The translations under genes were made by a program, and so were the position numbers. The notes under the pieces were generated by a model that saw only the letters and a list, made by a program, of their open reading frames with translations, ran no database searches and had not been told where the DNA came from. A stretch of DNA of 32,000 bases from assembly GCA_022646745.1 (NCBI GenBank), contig CP060262.1, positions 810,001 to 842,000 of the forward strand, written 5' to 3'. Position 1 is the stretch's first letter. Every line of letters begins with the position of its first letter. Shown one piece after another: positions 15,458 to 24,267 of the stretch. The stretch is from Planctomycetales bacterium. GTDB lineage: Bacteria; 4484-113; JAFGCY01.

Positions 15458-15519
15458 GCTAAGACAATCTCCCCCCGCAGGGGTAGTAAACACCACCAAG
15501 CACACAGGGGAGTGTTCCA

Positions 15520-16494
15520 ATGCGTTACAGAAGACTGGGATCCGCCGGCATCCAGGTATCCGAGCTGAGCTTCGGCTCATGGGTCACCTTCGGGCAGCAG
15601 TACGGCGTGGATGAGGCGCTGGCCTGCATGGAGGCCGCTTACGAAGCCGGCGTGAACTTCTTTGACAACGCCGAGGCCTACGCCGGTGGCAAGAGCGAAA
15701 CCCTGATGGGTGAGGCCATCAGGAAGGCCGGCTGGAACCGCGCGGACCTCGTTGTCTCCACCAAGATCTTCTTCGGCGGCCAGGGCCCGAACCAGAAGGG
15801 CCTGTCCCGCAAGCATGTGATTGACGGCATGCGCGCCTCTCTGGACCGCATGCAGCTGGACTACGTGGACCTCGTGTTCTGCCACCGACCCGACCCGAAC
15901 ACGCCGATGCTCGAGACCGTGCGCGCGATGAGCTGGGTGGTGGACCAGGGCTGGGCGCATTACTGGGGCACCAGTGAGTGGAGCGCCGAGCAGATCCGCC
16001 ACGCGCATGGCATCGCCGAGCGTGAGCACCTCAACCGCCCACAGATGGAGCAGCCGCAGTACAACATGTTCCACCGCGAGCGCGTCGAGAAGGAGTACGC
16101 GCCGCTGTACGAGGACATCGGGCTTGGCACCACGATCTGGTCACCACTGGCCAGCGGGATGCTGACCGGCAAGTACAACGAGGGCATCCCGGAGGGCAGC
16201 CGCGCGACGCTGCCGAACTACAAGTTCATCCGCGAGGGCATCGAAAGCGACGAGGGCCAGGCCCGCATCGATAAGGTCAAGCAGCTGATGCCGATCGCCG
16301 GCGAACTCGGCTGCAGCATCGCGCAACTGGCACTGGCCTGGTGCCTGAAGTTTGACGGCGTGAGCACGGTGATCACCGGTGCCTCCAGGGCCGAGCAGGT
16401 GTCTGAGAACATGGGCGCGCTGGACGTCGTTGACAAGCTAGACGAGAGCGTGATGGAGCGCATCGAGGCCATACTTGGCAACCGGCCTGTGTAG
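15520..16494 (+). CDS. Aldo/keto reductase (Kv-beta-subunit-like AKR family)
   Basis: [25 protein letters not shown]...[15 protein letters not shown]...VVSTKIF...[12 protein letters not shown]...WGTSEW...QPQYNM...[22 protein letters not shown] 8 nt upstream. Confidence 0.9.
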   Translation: MRYRRLGSAGIQVSELSFGSWVTFGQQYGVDEALACMEAAYEAGVNFFDNAEAYAGGKSETLMGEAIRKAGWNRADLVVSTKIFFGGQGPNQKGLSRKHVIDGMRASLDRMQLDYVDLVFCHRPDPNTPMLETVRAMSWVVDQGWAHYWGTSEWSAEQIRHAHGIAEREHLNRPQMEQPQYNMFHRERVEKEYAPLYEDIGLGTTIWSPLASGMLTGKYNEGIPEGSRATLPNYKFIREGIESDEGQARIDKVKQLMPIAGELGCSIAQLALAWCLKFDGVSTVITGASRAEQVSENMGALDVVDKLDESVMERIEAILGNRPV

Positions 16495-16503
16495 GCGGGA
16501 CGT

Positions 16504-19205
16504 TCAACGCAGTCGCCACATCAGTTTGTCAATGCCCTCCGCATAGTCCGGCATTTTTGCATCGCGTTCATGCAGCAGGACCAGGCAGTCGTCCGCTCCG
16601 TCCTGCAGGCAGTCCAGCAGCAGCTCGGTCATGTCCAGCCCCGGCAGGTAGCTGCGCTTGATGCGCGCCTGCTCCTGCGAGTAGTCATCCAGACTTGGGT
16701 CAGCCCGCAGGAACATGCGCCGGTCATCCAGCAGGCGCCTGAGGATGTCAGCCCGGTCCTGCATGGGGCATTGCCCGGCCGCCTCCACCAGCTCCCGTGG
16801 ATAGGCCTCCTCGATCAGCCGCTCAAATGTCGCCAGGTCCATGCCGGGTACATTCACTGCCGGTGACAATGGATTGTCCGGCTGGATCGTCGGGTTGACA
16901 GCCACGCGATTGTCACGGTCCATCCCGTTGTTGTTGCGCCGGACTGGATCAGCGCCGCTGTCCAGCAGCATGCGCATGCATTCGACATCGTCCATGAACG
17001 TATCGTGGTACAGCAGGTAGGTGAATGTGAAGGGATACTGCCTGCGGCTGTAATAGGTGTTGGCATGCGCGCCATGCTCCAGCATCAATGACAGCATATC
17101 GCGCAGGCTTGCCAGTTCCGCAGTGTCCTTCACCCTGCCGAAGCTGTCCGCCAGTCTGCCCACAGGGCAGCTGCCGACGTAGGCCGCATATTCCTCATCG
17201 TACTCAAGCCCGTAGTTCGGGTCGGCCCCGCCATCCAGCAGCAGCTCCAGCATGTCAACATTGCGCTGCTCGAATGCGAAGTCCATCGGCTGCTGCATGT
17301 ACATCTCCTGGCCATAGATCGCATCCATGTCCCACCAGCAGGCTGCACCGGCATCCAGCAGGATGGCAACGTGCTCGCGCTGCCCTCCAGCACCCCGTGG
17401 TAGAGCGTGATGTACATCCGGTAGTCTTCGATGCTCGCTCGCTGCACCTGATCCGCCAGCAGCATGCGCAGCACCTCCGGATCGGGTTGGTCCATTGCGG
17501 TATAGATCGCATCCGGCAGGCGCTCACGCGGTTCGTATTCGTACTCCCCGCTTGCCAGCAAACTGGCCAGCAACTCAAGGTCACCGAGCGCAATCACCGC
17601 CTGCAGCGGCGGTCGCTCCATTGCCAGCAGTTCTTCGCGCAAGCCCTCACGGCCCGCACTGGCAGCGAGGTACAGGCCGAAGCTGCGCAGGTAGCCAGTT
17701 TCCTTCTCATCCAGTCCTGCGCAGGCTGCTTCAAACTGTGGCCACAGCCCGAGGGCGGCACAACTTGCCGCATCAGGTTCCACTCCCATCGTGAGCAATT
17801 GCCTGGCCAGGCCCAGCCGGCCCCAGCGCAGCACTCGCTGCAAGGGTGTATCGCCTCCTCCATTGGCAAGCAGCGGATCGGCACCGAGCTGCACCAGCCT
17901 GACGAAGTCCGCCTCATAGCTGCTGGAGTCCGGCCTCAGGTACATCAGTGCGTTGTTACCGAGGCTGTCCGTGTAATTGCAGTCTATCCCGAGACTGCTG
18001 AACAGATCGTAGATGCCAATCTCACCCACACGGCTGCATTCGGCCACCAGCTCATGCAGTGTGGTGATCTCTGCAGGGTAGGATGGATGCGACGCTACCT
18101 TTCGCAGGTCCTGCAGGTCCAGACCGTTGGCAAGCATTACTTCAAACAGTTCCCGCAGGCGTGGTGCGGCATCCTCGCCCGCCAGGTCCGGGAAATCCAT
18201 GTAGCTGGACTGGTAAGCCAGCGTGAACAGGTCGTAGTATTGCGCATCCGAAAGGGCCTGCAGGTCCAGACCGTTGTCAATAAGCTGCTGCAGCAGGGAG
18301 GGGTCCAGCAGGCATACCGGCAGCAACCTGTCCTCCGGCATCGCCCCGAGGCCCGTAAGCGGGATTTCCGCAATGTCCCTTCCGCGGTCCAGCATGGCCT
18401 GGCGCTCGCTTGCATCCTGCATGTTTGCCAGTGCAAGGAAGGCATGGATCCACAGGCGGTCGACATGCATCCCGTTGGCAAGCAGTGGGCGCAGCCTGTC
18501 CATCTCCGTTTCATCCAGCCCATCCTCCGCCAGTGCCAGCACAAAGGTACTGCGCAACTGCGCACCATGTTCCAGCAGGGCATCAGTTGTCATTGGCAAC
18601 TCTGAGGAAGCCGCCAGGTACAGCAGGCTGTCAAGGTCGCGCTGGGTCAGCCCTGCCTCAAGCATACTCCTGTGCAGCAGCTCCATTGACAACTCATCGT
18701 AACCCAGCCGGATGGCAATCGGCAGCAGGGCCAGCCCACCATGCAGCTCGAGGACGTCCAACCCCTGCTCATTGCACAATGCAATTGCAGCCTGCTCGTC
18801 AACAAGCGCTGTCTGCAGCACCCTGATCCAGTCCCGCTCCGGGGCATCCGCCTTCCCGCACCAGCCGGCAAACATGTCCTCGATGGCAAGCCAGTTCCCT
18901 GTATCCGCTTTGTACATCCCTGTGACTGATCCAGCGGGAAAGAATGTGTTCAGGCAGCTTCCAGGCGGTTCAATGCCAAACAGTACACAGGCTGGCGGCT
19001 CCTCTCCATAGCCATCATCAAGCCAGTAATTCGGGCCATCGTCGTTGGTAACGTATTTAATTCCGGGCGTGGCAAACGCCGGTCCCTGGACCTGTATCAA
19101 CAGCAGTGCAGCAATCAGACCAAGCATGCGCAGCATCACCCGCAGATCATAGCGCCGTGCTGCATATGCCGCCACTCGCTCAGTCAAGCTCATCCACCAT
19201 TGCAT
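16504..19205 (-). pseudogene. Ankyrin-repeat exported protein, paralogue 6 of the array, split by a 1-nt frameshift near 17383-17388
   Basis: The 691-aa ORF (17130-19205) holds the N-terminal part and the 274-aa ORF (16504-17328) the C-terminal part, each collinear with the matching part of its intact neighbours. Shifting -1 after CTG GAG GGC gives YHGVLEG-QREHVAILLDAGA, a perfect ANK repeat. Likely start at 19136 (MLRMLGLIAALLLIQVQGPAFA) or 19193. Confidence 0.75.
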
Positions 19206-21675
19206 TCAGGCAGTCGCGATAGCCCGGCAGGGCAAAGCCCAGCCGCAGCATGCTGTCAATGCAGGCCCGTGAGCGCTGCACGAAGGCCTCACGGTATAGC
19301 CGCGCCGTGCTTGCTGAATCCGGCGTGTTGGCGGACTGGCTGGCCAGCAGCTCCAGCTGCGCCGCATTGTCACGCCTGATGCAGCCGAGCATCGCATTCA
19401 GCATCTCATCCGGGTTCTGCTCCGGCAGGAACAGCAGCAGGTGCCGGTCCTCCACGTCCGGCAGGTTGGCAACGAGCGGCAGCAACCCGCGAGCGACAGG
19501 CGGCTGCATCGGCTGCCCCGGGACCAGCGTGCCGGCATCGAGGTCCAGCCCGGCTTCCAGCAACAGGTCAAGCACTTCCGCTGATGGCTGCAGCCCGACC
19601 CGCTCAATCAGGGGGACGTATGTGCCGCCGCCTCTATAAGGATTGCTGTCAAGGTAGTAATCCGCGCGCAGGCCATGCTCAACCAGCAGGCGCAGCATTT
19701 CCAATTCCTTTCCGGCGCGCTGGTCCCTGCTATTCGCTCCGGCGCGCGGCAGGCAATACTCAAGCAGGCGGCCGCCCGTCCAGATGCCGAGCTGCTGGTC
19801 GTAGCTGAGCTGGTCGTTCGGGTCAAAGCCGGCGTCGAGCATCAGGCGCAGCATGTCAACCCGGCCCCGGCTGATTGCCATCCCGAGCGACTGCGCCTGC
19901 CGTCCCGCTCCAGGCTGGCAGTCATCCAGCCCGCTGTCCAGCAGTGCCTTCAGCACTGCCGGGTCCTCGTTGTAGCTGGCCGCTTCCAGCAGATCATGGA
20001 ACTGCTCATCCGTCACCGCCGCGCGGATGGCATCATCCGCCAGCAGTGCCTGCAGGCAGTCCAAGCGCTTTGCACCGGTTGCCAGCCTGAGCGGTTCATA
20101 GTCCGGCAGCGGCCAGATGCTGTACTCACCGTTCTCCAGCCGCAGCGCAAGTTCCTCAGGCATGTCAGCGAGGATCAGCGCCTGCAGCGGGGGTTCGTCG
20201 CCAAGCTCCAGCAGCTGCCTGAGAATGTCCTGGCTGTCAGCGGAGCCGGCGAGGATCATCGCGATGTCTGCCTGCCTGATGCGCTCACCGGGCAGCATGT
20301 CCGCCAGCGCCTGACTGTACTCCTCAATCCGCCCGATCGCTCCAAGGCTGGCGGCGTCCGGCTGCTCCACATGTTCGAGCATGAGCTGCCAGAGCTCCGG
20401 CCGCTGATTGATGATTGCCAGGTGCAATGGGCTGAAGCCCTGCTTGTCCGCCTGCAGCGGGTCCATCCCCGCATCCAGTAGCGACTCAATCGATTCCGCC
20501 GTATTCCAGGGGAACCAGCTCACTCCATGCAGCGCCGTGTAGCCGCGCTCATCAGCGAGCAGTGGATCTATCCCCAGCTCCGGCAGCACGCTGGCCAGCC
20601 GCGGGTCAAGTGCCGCCAGCCAGGCGATCTCCGCCGGCTTGCGCACAGCGGGATTGTCCAGGCTGGCTTCCTCCGCCTTGAACCCTGCCTTGGCCAGCAC
20701 AGCCGCACAGCCCGCCAGGTCCGGCGCCTGTTCAGACTCGCTGTTGCCAATAGGCCACATCATCGCAGCCTGCCAGAACATAGCTATCGAATTGGGGCTG
20801 TCCGGCTGCCTGAGCGCTTCGGCATAGCCCCTCTCCATCAGCAATTGCAGCTTGCGCGAGTCATCCATGCAGCCCAGCAGGATGTCATTGCTGAACATTG
20901 CCCGTCCCTGGAAGTAATCGCCATCTTCCAGCAGCGCTGCCAGTTCGTCATGGTCCAGTAGCGGCAGAAATTCGGCAATAGCCTTCTCCCAGCCTCCCTT
21001 GCTGTTGGACAGTCCACACTGCGTTGCCAGGAAATGGTAGAACTCCCGGCGTTCAGCGCTATCCAGGTCAAGCTGAGCACCGATCGTGTATGAATCCAGC
21101 CCGGCTCCGCTGTCCGCCAGGGTCAGAGCCATGATCCGGTCGCCGTAGCGGGCCGCGATCCCGAGCAGCTCATCCATTTCCCGGGTCCCGATTTCGTTCC
21201 GGCGCTCCATCCGTGGCAGCAGGCCGGCCAGCAGCTCCGTGTTGCCATACATCGCGCACATTGACAACAGCTGCATCGCATGCCCACGTTCACAGACTGC
21301 ATCAGGGTTCTCGTCGAACAGGGTCAGCGCGGCCTGCGGGTCAGTCTGGCTCAGCTGCAGTACGGTCAGCCAGGCCCGCTCATCCGGGTCGACAGGCGGG
21401 ATGGTCAGCGCCAGCAGCTGCTCCATCTCGAGGAACTCCGCGATGTCAGGCCGCTCCTCAAAGGCCGGCTCCTGCTCATCCTCAGCAGTGCTGCCAGCCA
21501 CACTTGTCACAGCCCCTGCCTGATTGACGATGATGCCAGCGTGTGTAGCAGCTGTCCTGTTGCAGGAAGCGCAGCACAGAAGGACAGTGAACATTAGCAA
21601 ACCGGAAAGGCTTGCCACCAAAGCCCCTATGCCGCCTGTCCGCACCAGACTGCTGCTATGTCCCTGCCTGTTCAT
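19180..21675 (-). CDS. Ankyrin-repeat exported protein (probable lipoprotein), paralogue 5
   Basis: 831 aa. N-terminus ...LLMFTVLLCCASCNRT. ANK motifs include GYTALHGVS...LLDAGMDPLQADKQGFSPLHLAIINQRPELWQLMLEH. The ATG overlaps the upstream stop (TGATG at 21673-21677). Confidence 0.85.
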   Translation of the reverse strand: MNRQGHSSSLVRTGGIGALVASLSGLLMFTVLLCCASCNRTAATHAGIIVNQAGAVTSVAGSTAEDEQEPAFEERPDIAEFLEMEQLLALTIPPVDPDERAWLTVLQLSQTDPQAALTLFDENPDAVCERGHAMQLLSMCAMYGNTELLAGLLPRMERRNEIGTREMDELLGIAARYGDRIMALTLADSGAGLDSYTIGAQLDLDSAERREFYHFLATQCGLSNSKGGWEKAIAEFLPLLDHDELAALLEDGDYFQGRAMFSNDILLGCMDDSRKLQLLMERGYAEALRQPDSPNSIAMFWQAAMMWPIGNSESEQAPDLAGCAAVLAKAGFKAEEASLDNPAVRKPAEIAWLAALDPRLASVLPELGIDPLLADERGYTALHGVSWFPWNTAESIESLLDAGMDPLQADKQGFSPLHLAIINQRPELWQLMLEHVEQPDAASLGAIGRIEEYSQALADMLPGERIRQADIAMILAGSADSQDILRQLLELGDEPPLQALILADMPEELALRLENGEYSIWPLPDYEPLRLATGAKRLDCLQALLADDAIRAAVTDEQFHDLLEAASYNEDPAVLKALLDSGLDDCQPGAGRQAQSLGMAISRGRVDMLRLMLDAGFDPNDQLSYDQQLGIWTGGRLLEYCLPRAGANSRDQRAGKELEMLRLLVEHGLRADYYLDSNPYRGGGTYVPLIERVGLQPSAEVLDLLLEAGLDLDAGTLVPGQPMQPPVARGLLPLVANLPDVEDRHLLLFLPEQNPDEMLNAMLGCIRRDNAAQLELLASQSANTPDSASTARLYREAFVQRSRACIDSMLRLGFALPGYRDCLNAMVDELD

Positions 21676-24203
21676 CAGCGCAGCCGTTGCAGCATCTGGT
21701 TCAATGCCGTGTTGTAGTCAGGCAGGGCGAAGTCCCGGTTGAGCAGCAGGTCCAGTGCTTCAAGGTCACCCGCTGCGAAGCATTCAGCCATCAGTAGCTT
21801 CTGGTCGGCATCCGACAGCGGCGCATCCAGCCAGGCCAGCAGTTCCGGCAGGAATTCCGTGTTGCCAGACATGATGCAGTTGCGCATTGCCGCCTTGAGG
21901 TCATCATCAAGGGCATGACGCGCGAACTGGCTAAACAGGTCGGGGTCCATCCCTTCAATTGTGGATAAGTTGGTTAACACTTGATTGAACAGTGAACTAG
22001 CAACGATGAATTGTCCTGTTACCCCCGGCGGCAGTCCAGCTGTTGTGCTCTGCTTACCAGCAGCCGGCGGCGGCGGCATCTGTCCTGGGTCCAGGCCATG
22101 GTCCAGCAGCAAGTGCAGGGTGTCAGCATCCAGCGTGCGGCACAGGTCCCACAGCGGTGGCTGGGGAGCCTGTCCCATCATGCTCGTTGCCAGGAAATCC
22201 AGCCGTGCCCCCTCATCCAGCAGCCGCTTGTAAATCCGCCGGTTCAGGTCGTAGTCAAGCACTTCCGGTGTTCCTTTCAGGTGCATGATCGGTGGATCTC
22301 CTGTCAGGGTTCCAGTGGCCGGATCGAGTACCAGCCCGACATTCGGATCAGCACCGAACTCAAACAGCAGCTTAATCATCTCCTCATCCCGGAATGAAAC
22401 CGCCATACACAGCAGCGGCGTGCCCCTGCGCATCATTTCATCCTCGGGTGCAACCGGGATGCCCGCTTCCAGCATGATCCGCAGGCGCTGGGGCTTCCTT
22501 TCCGAAACCGACCTGAACATCGTATAGGCAAAGTAGTCCATGTCCGCCCTGGCCATGTATGTCTCACTATCCAGCAGGGCCTTCAGCATGTCGTCATTTT
22601 CATCAAACTGTTCCTGGTAGAACAGGTAGCCGAAGGTCTCGCCATCTTCAGTGTAGTTCTCCCGCGCCAGCGCATCCCGCAGCAGTTCCGCATCGCCATT
22701 GATCACGAGGCTGCACAGGTCCGGCACGAATCCGCTGTCATACAGCTCCCGGAAGCGCTCGTGGTCCGCCCCTGCCGCCAGGTGCAGGCCGCGTTTGATC
22801 TCCAGTCCGCGATTGACAATCACCTGCTCGCCGGCCGCCTGCTTGAATTGCTCCACTGTGCCAAGCACCGCCAGCGTTGCCAGGTCCGGTTCGCGCTCGC
22901 CCAGCAGCTCCCGTGCCAGCTCGATGTCCCCGTTGACCAGTGCGAAGTGCACCGCGCTGAAGCCATCATCACCTTCCAGCAGCGGGTCCAGCCCGGCGGC
23001 GACGAAGTCCCGTGCTAGCTGCGCCGTGTACTTTTCCTCCTCCTGATAGTGCAGCAGACCCAGCAGTATGGTCTGCCCGCGGCTGTCAAGGCGATTCGGG
23101 TCCACGCCGTGCTCCGCCAGCAGCTCTATCAGCTCCGCCGGCGGAGGCTGCCTGAGGAAGCCGACATCCGCCACCAGCGACCAGTCATCCGGCAGGCTGT
23201 CCAGCGATATGCCGCGCTCATCCAGCAGCTTGAAAAGCCCGACCACATCACCCCAGTCCGTTTCATTGCTTGAGTTGTAAATCTTCTCGCGCTCCTTCAG
23301 CAGCTTGCCAAACAGCTCCCCCTGATCCGTGTAGCGCACTTCCTCCAGGTCCAGCCCGTCGGCCAGCAGCAGCTCCAGCTTGTGGCTGTCATCCATGCAG
23401 CCCTTGACGAGATCATAGGTCTGGCGGTTGCCGGCGTAGCGCAGGTCCGCATCATTCATCGCCTCCGTCCCGCGCAGCTCCCGGCAGCGCTCAATCTGGT
23501 CAGCAAGCTGCTCAGCATCCATCTGCGGCAGTGTGTTGGCAAGCACCGCGCACCAGTCCTGCGCCGTGTCCGAGATCACGTCCTGCTCCAGCACGAATGC
23601 CAATAGATCCGGGTCCGGCTCGTTGCCAATACCGAGATTGCGGAACAGGTAGCCCGCCGACATCGAGATGCGCGCGCCATTCCCGGCCAGCAGCTCAATC
23701 ATCTCCGCATCGCCATGCCCGATCGCGGTGGTCAGCAGTTCATTCATGTCCGCCTGCGTCATCACATCCGCAGCGGCATGCTGCTCCAGCAGGTAGCGGC
23801 AAAGTTCAGCCTTGCCGAACATAACCGACAGGCGCAGCAGGCCGAATCCCGGCAGGGCCTCGCTGGCCGGATCGACCCGCCCGGATTCAAGCAGCGCAAT
23901 CGCTGCCTGTTCATCATCCGCAGCGATTGACAGCACTTCGGCCCAGCCTCGCTCGAATTCACCACTCGGTGGAGACAGCGCGAACAGGTGGGCCTCACTC
24001 TCCATGAAGGGCTGCAGCTCTGGCGCCGGCTGGATCAGCTGGAAGGCCTTGAAGTAGTCCTCACGCTTGATGGTCTTGCCACTACCGGCAGCCCCGCCCT
24101 GGGCGGCACCTCCTGTACCCTTGCCAGTACTGCCCCTGTTGCATGCACACAGCAGAAGCATAGCAAGTATGCCAATCCCGAGCCTTGTCAGCTTTCGACT
24201 CAT
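21675..24203 (-). CDS. Ankyrin-repeat exported protein (probable lipoprotein), paralogue 4
   Basis: I chose the start at 24203 (MSRKLTRLGIGILAMLLLCACNRGS, with GGAAGGAA RBS) rather than the track start at 24356, which overlaps the upstream gene. ANK motifs include GQTILLGLL...FVAAGLDPLLEGDDGFSAVHFALVNGDIELARELL. Confidence 0.85.
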   Translation of the reverse strand: MSRKLTRLGIGILAMLLLCACNRGSTGKGTGGAAQGGAAGSGKTIKREDYFKAFQLIQPAPELQPFMESEAHLFALSPPSGEFERGWAEVLSIAADDEQAAIALLESGRVDPASEALPGFGLLRLSVMFGKAELCRYLLEQHAAADVMTQADMNELLTTAIGHGDAEMIELLAGNGARISMSAGYLFRNLGIGNEPDPDLLAFVLEQDVISDTAQDWCAVLANTLPQMDAEQLADQIERCRELRGTEAMNDADLRYAGNRQTYDLVKGCMDDSHKLELLLADGLDLEEVRYTDQGELFGKLLKEREKIYNSSNETDWGDVVGLFKLLDERGISLDSLPDDWSLVADVGFLRQPPPAELIELLAEHGVDPNRLDSRGQTILLGLLHYQEEEKYTAQLARDFVAAGLDPLLEGDDGFSAVHFALVNGDIELARELLGEREPDLATLAVLGTVEQFKQAAGEQVIVNRGLEIKRGLHLAAGADHERFRELYDSGFVPDLCSLVINGDAELLRDALARENYTEDGETFGYLFYQEQFDENDDMLKALLDSETYMARADMDYFAYTMFRSVSERKPQRLRIMLEAGIPVAPEDEMMRRGTPLLCMAVSFRDEEMIKLLFEFGADPNVGLVLDPATGTLTGDPPIMHLKGTPEVLDYDLNRRIYKRLLDEGARLDFLATSMMGQAPQPPLWDLCRTLDADTLHLLLDHGLDPGQMPPPPAAGKQSTTAGLPPGVTGQFIVASSLFNQVLTNLSTIEGMDPDLFSQFARHALDDDLKAAMRNCIMSGNTEFLPELLAWLDAPLSDADQKLLMAECFAAGDLEALDLLLNRDFALPDYNTALNQMLQRLR

Positions 24204-24267
24204 TTCCTTCCCCCGCGGATGTCCTGTTACACCATATAGCTTACAGACTGCCTGGCCTGGCTGCCGT

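Noticed and set aside
17370-17400. Programmed -1 ribosomal frameshift in ANK paralogue 6.
   Set aside because: There is no canonical slippery heptamer and no obvious downstream pseudoknot or hairpin. The five sister genes are single intact ORFs. A mutation or sequencing indel is more parsimonious, and the site is kept as a finding only for verification.
17088-18605. 505-aa plus-strand ORF. The same applies to 26633-28495 (620 aa), 19675-20481, 24384-25106 and 11666-12253.
   Set aside because: These are antisense shadow ORFs of the kind expected in GC-rich DNA. Their Arg/Pro/Gln/His-rich low-complexity translations carry no motifs. Each lies fully opposite a minus-strand frame with clear family homology and proper signal peptides.
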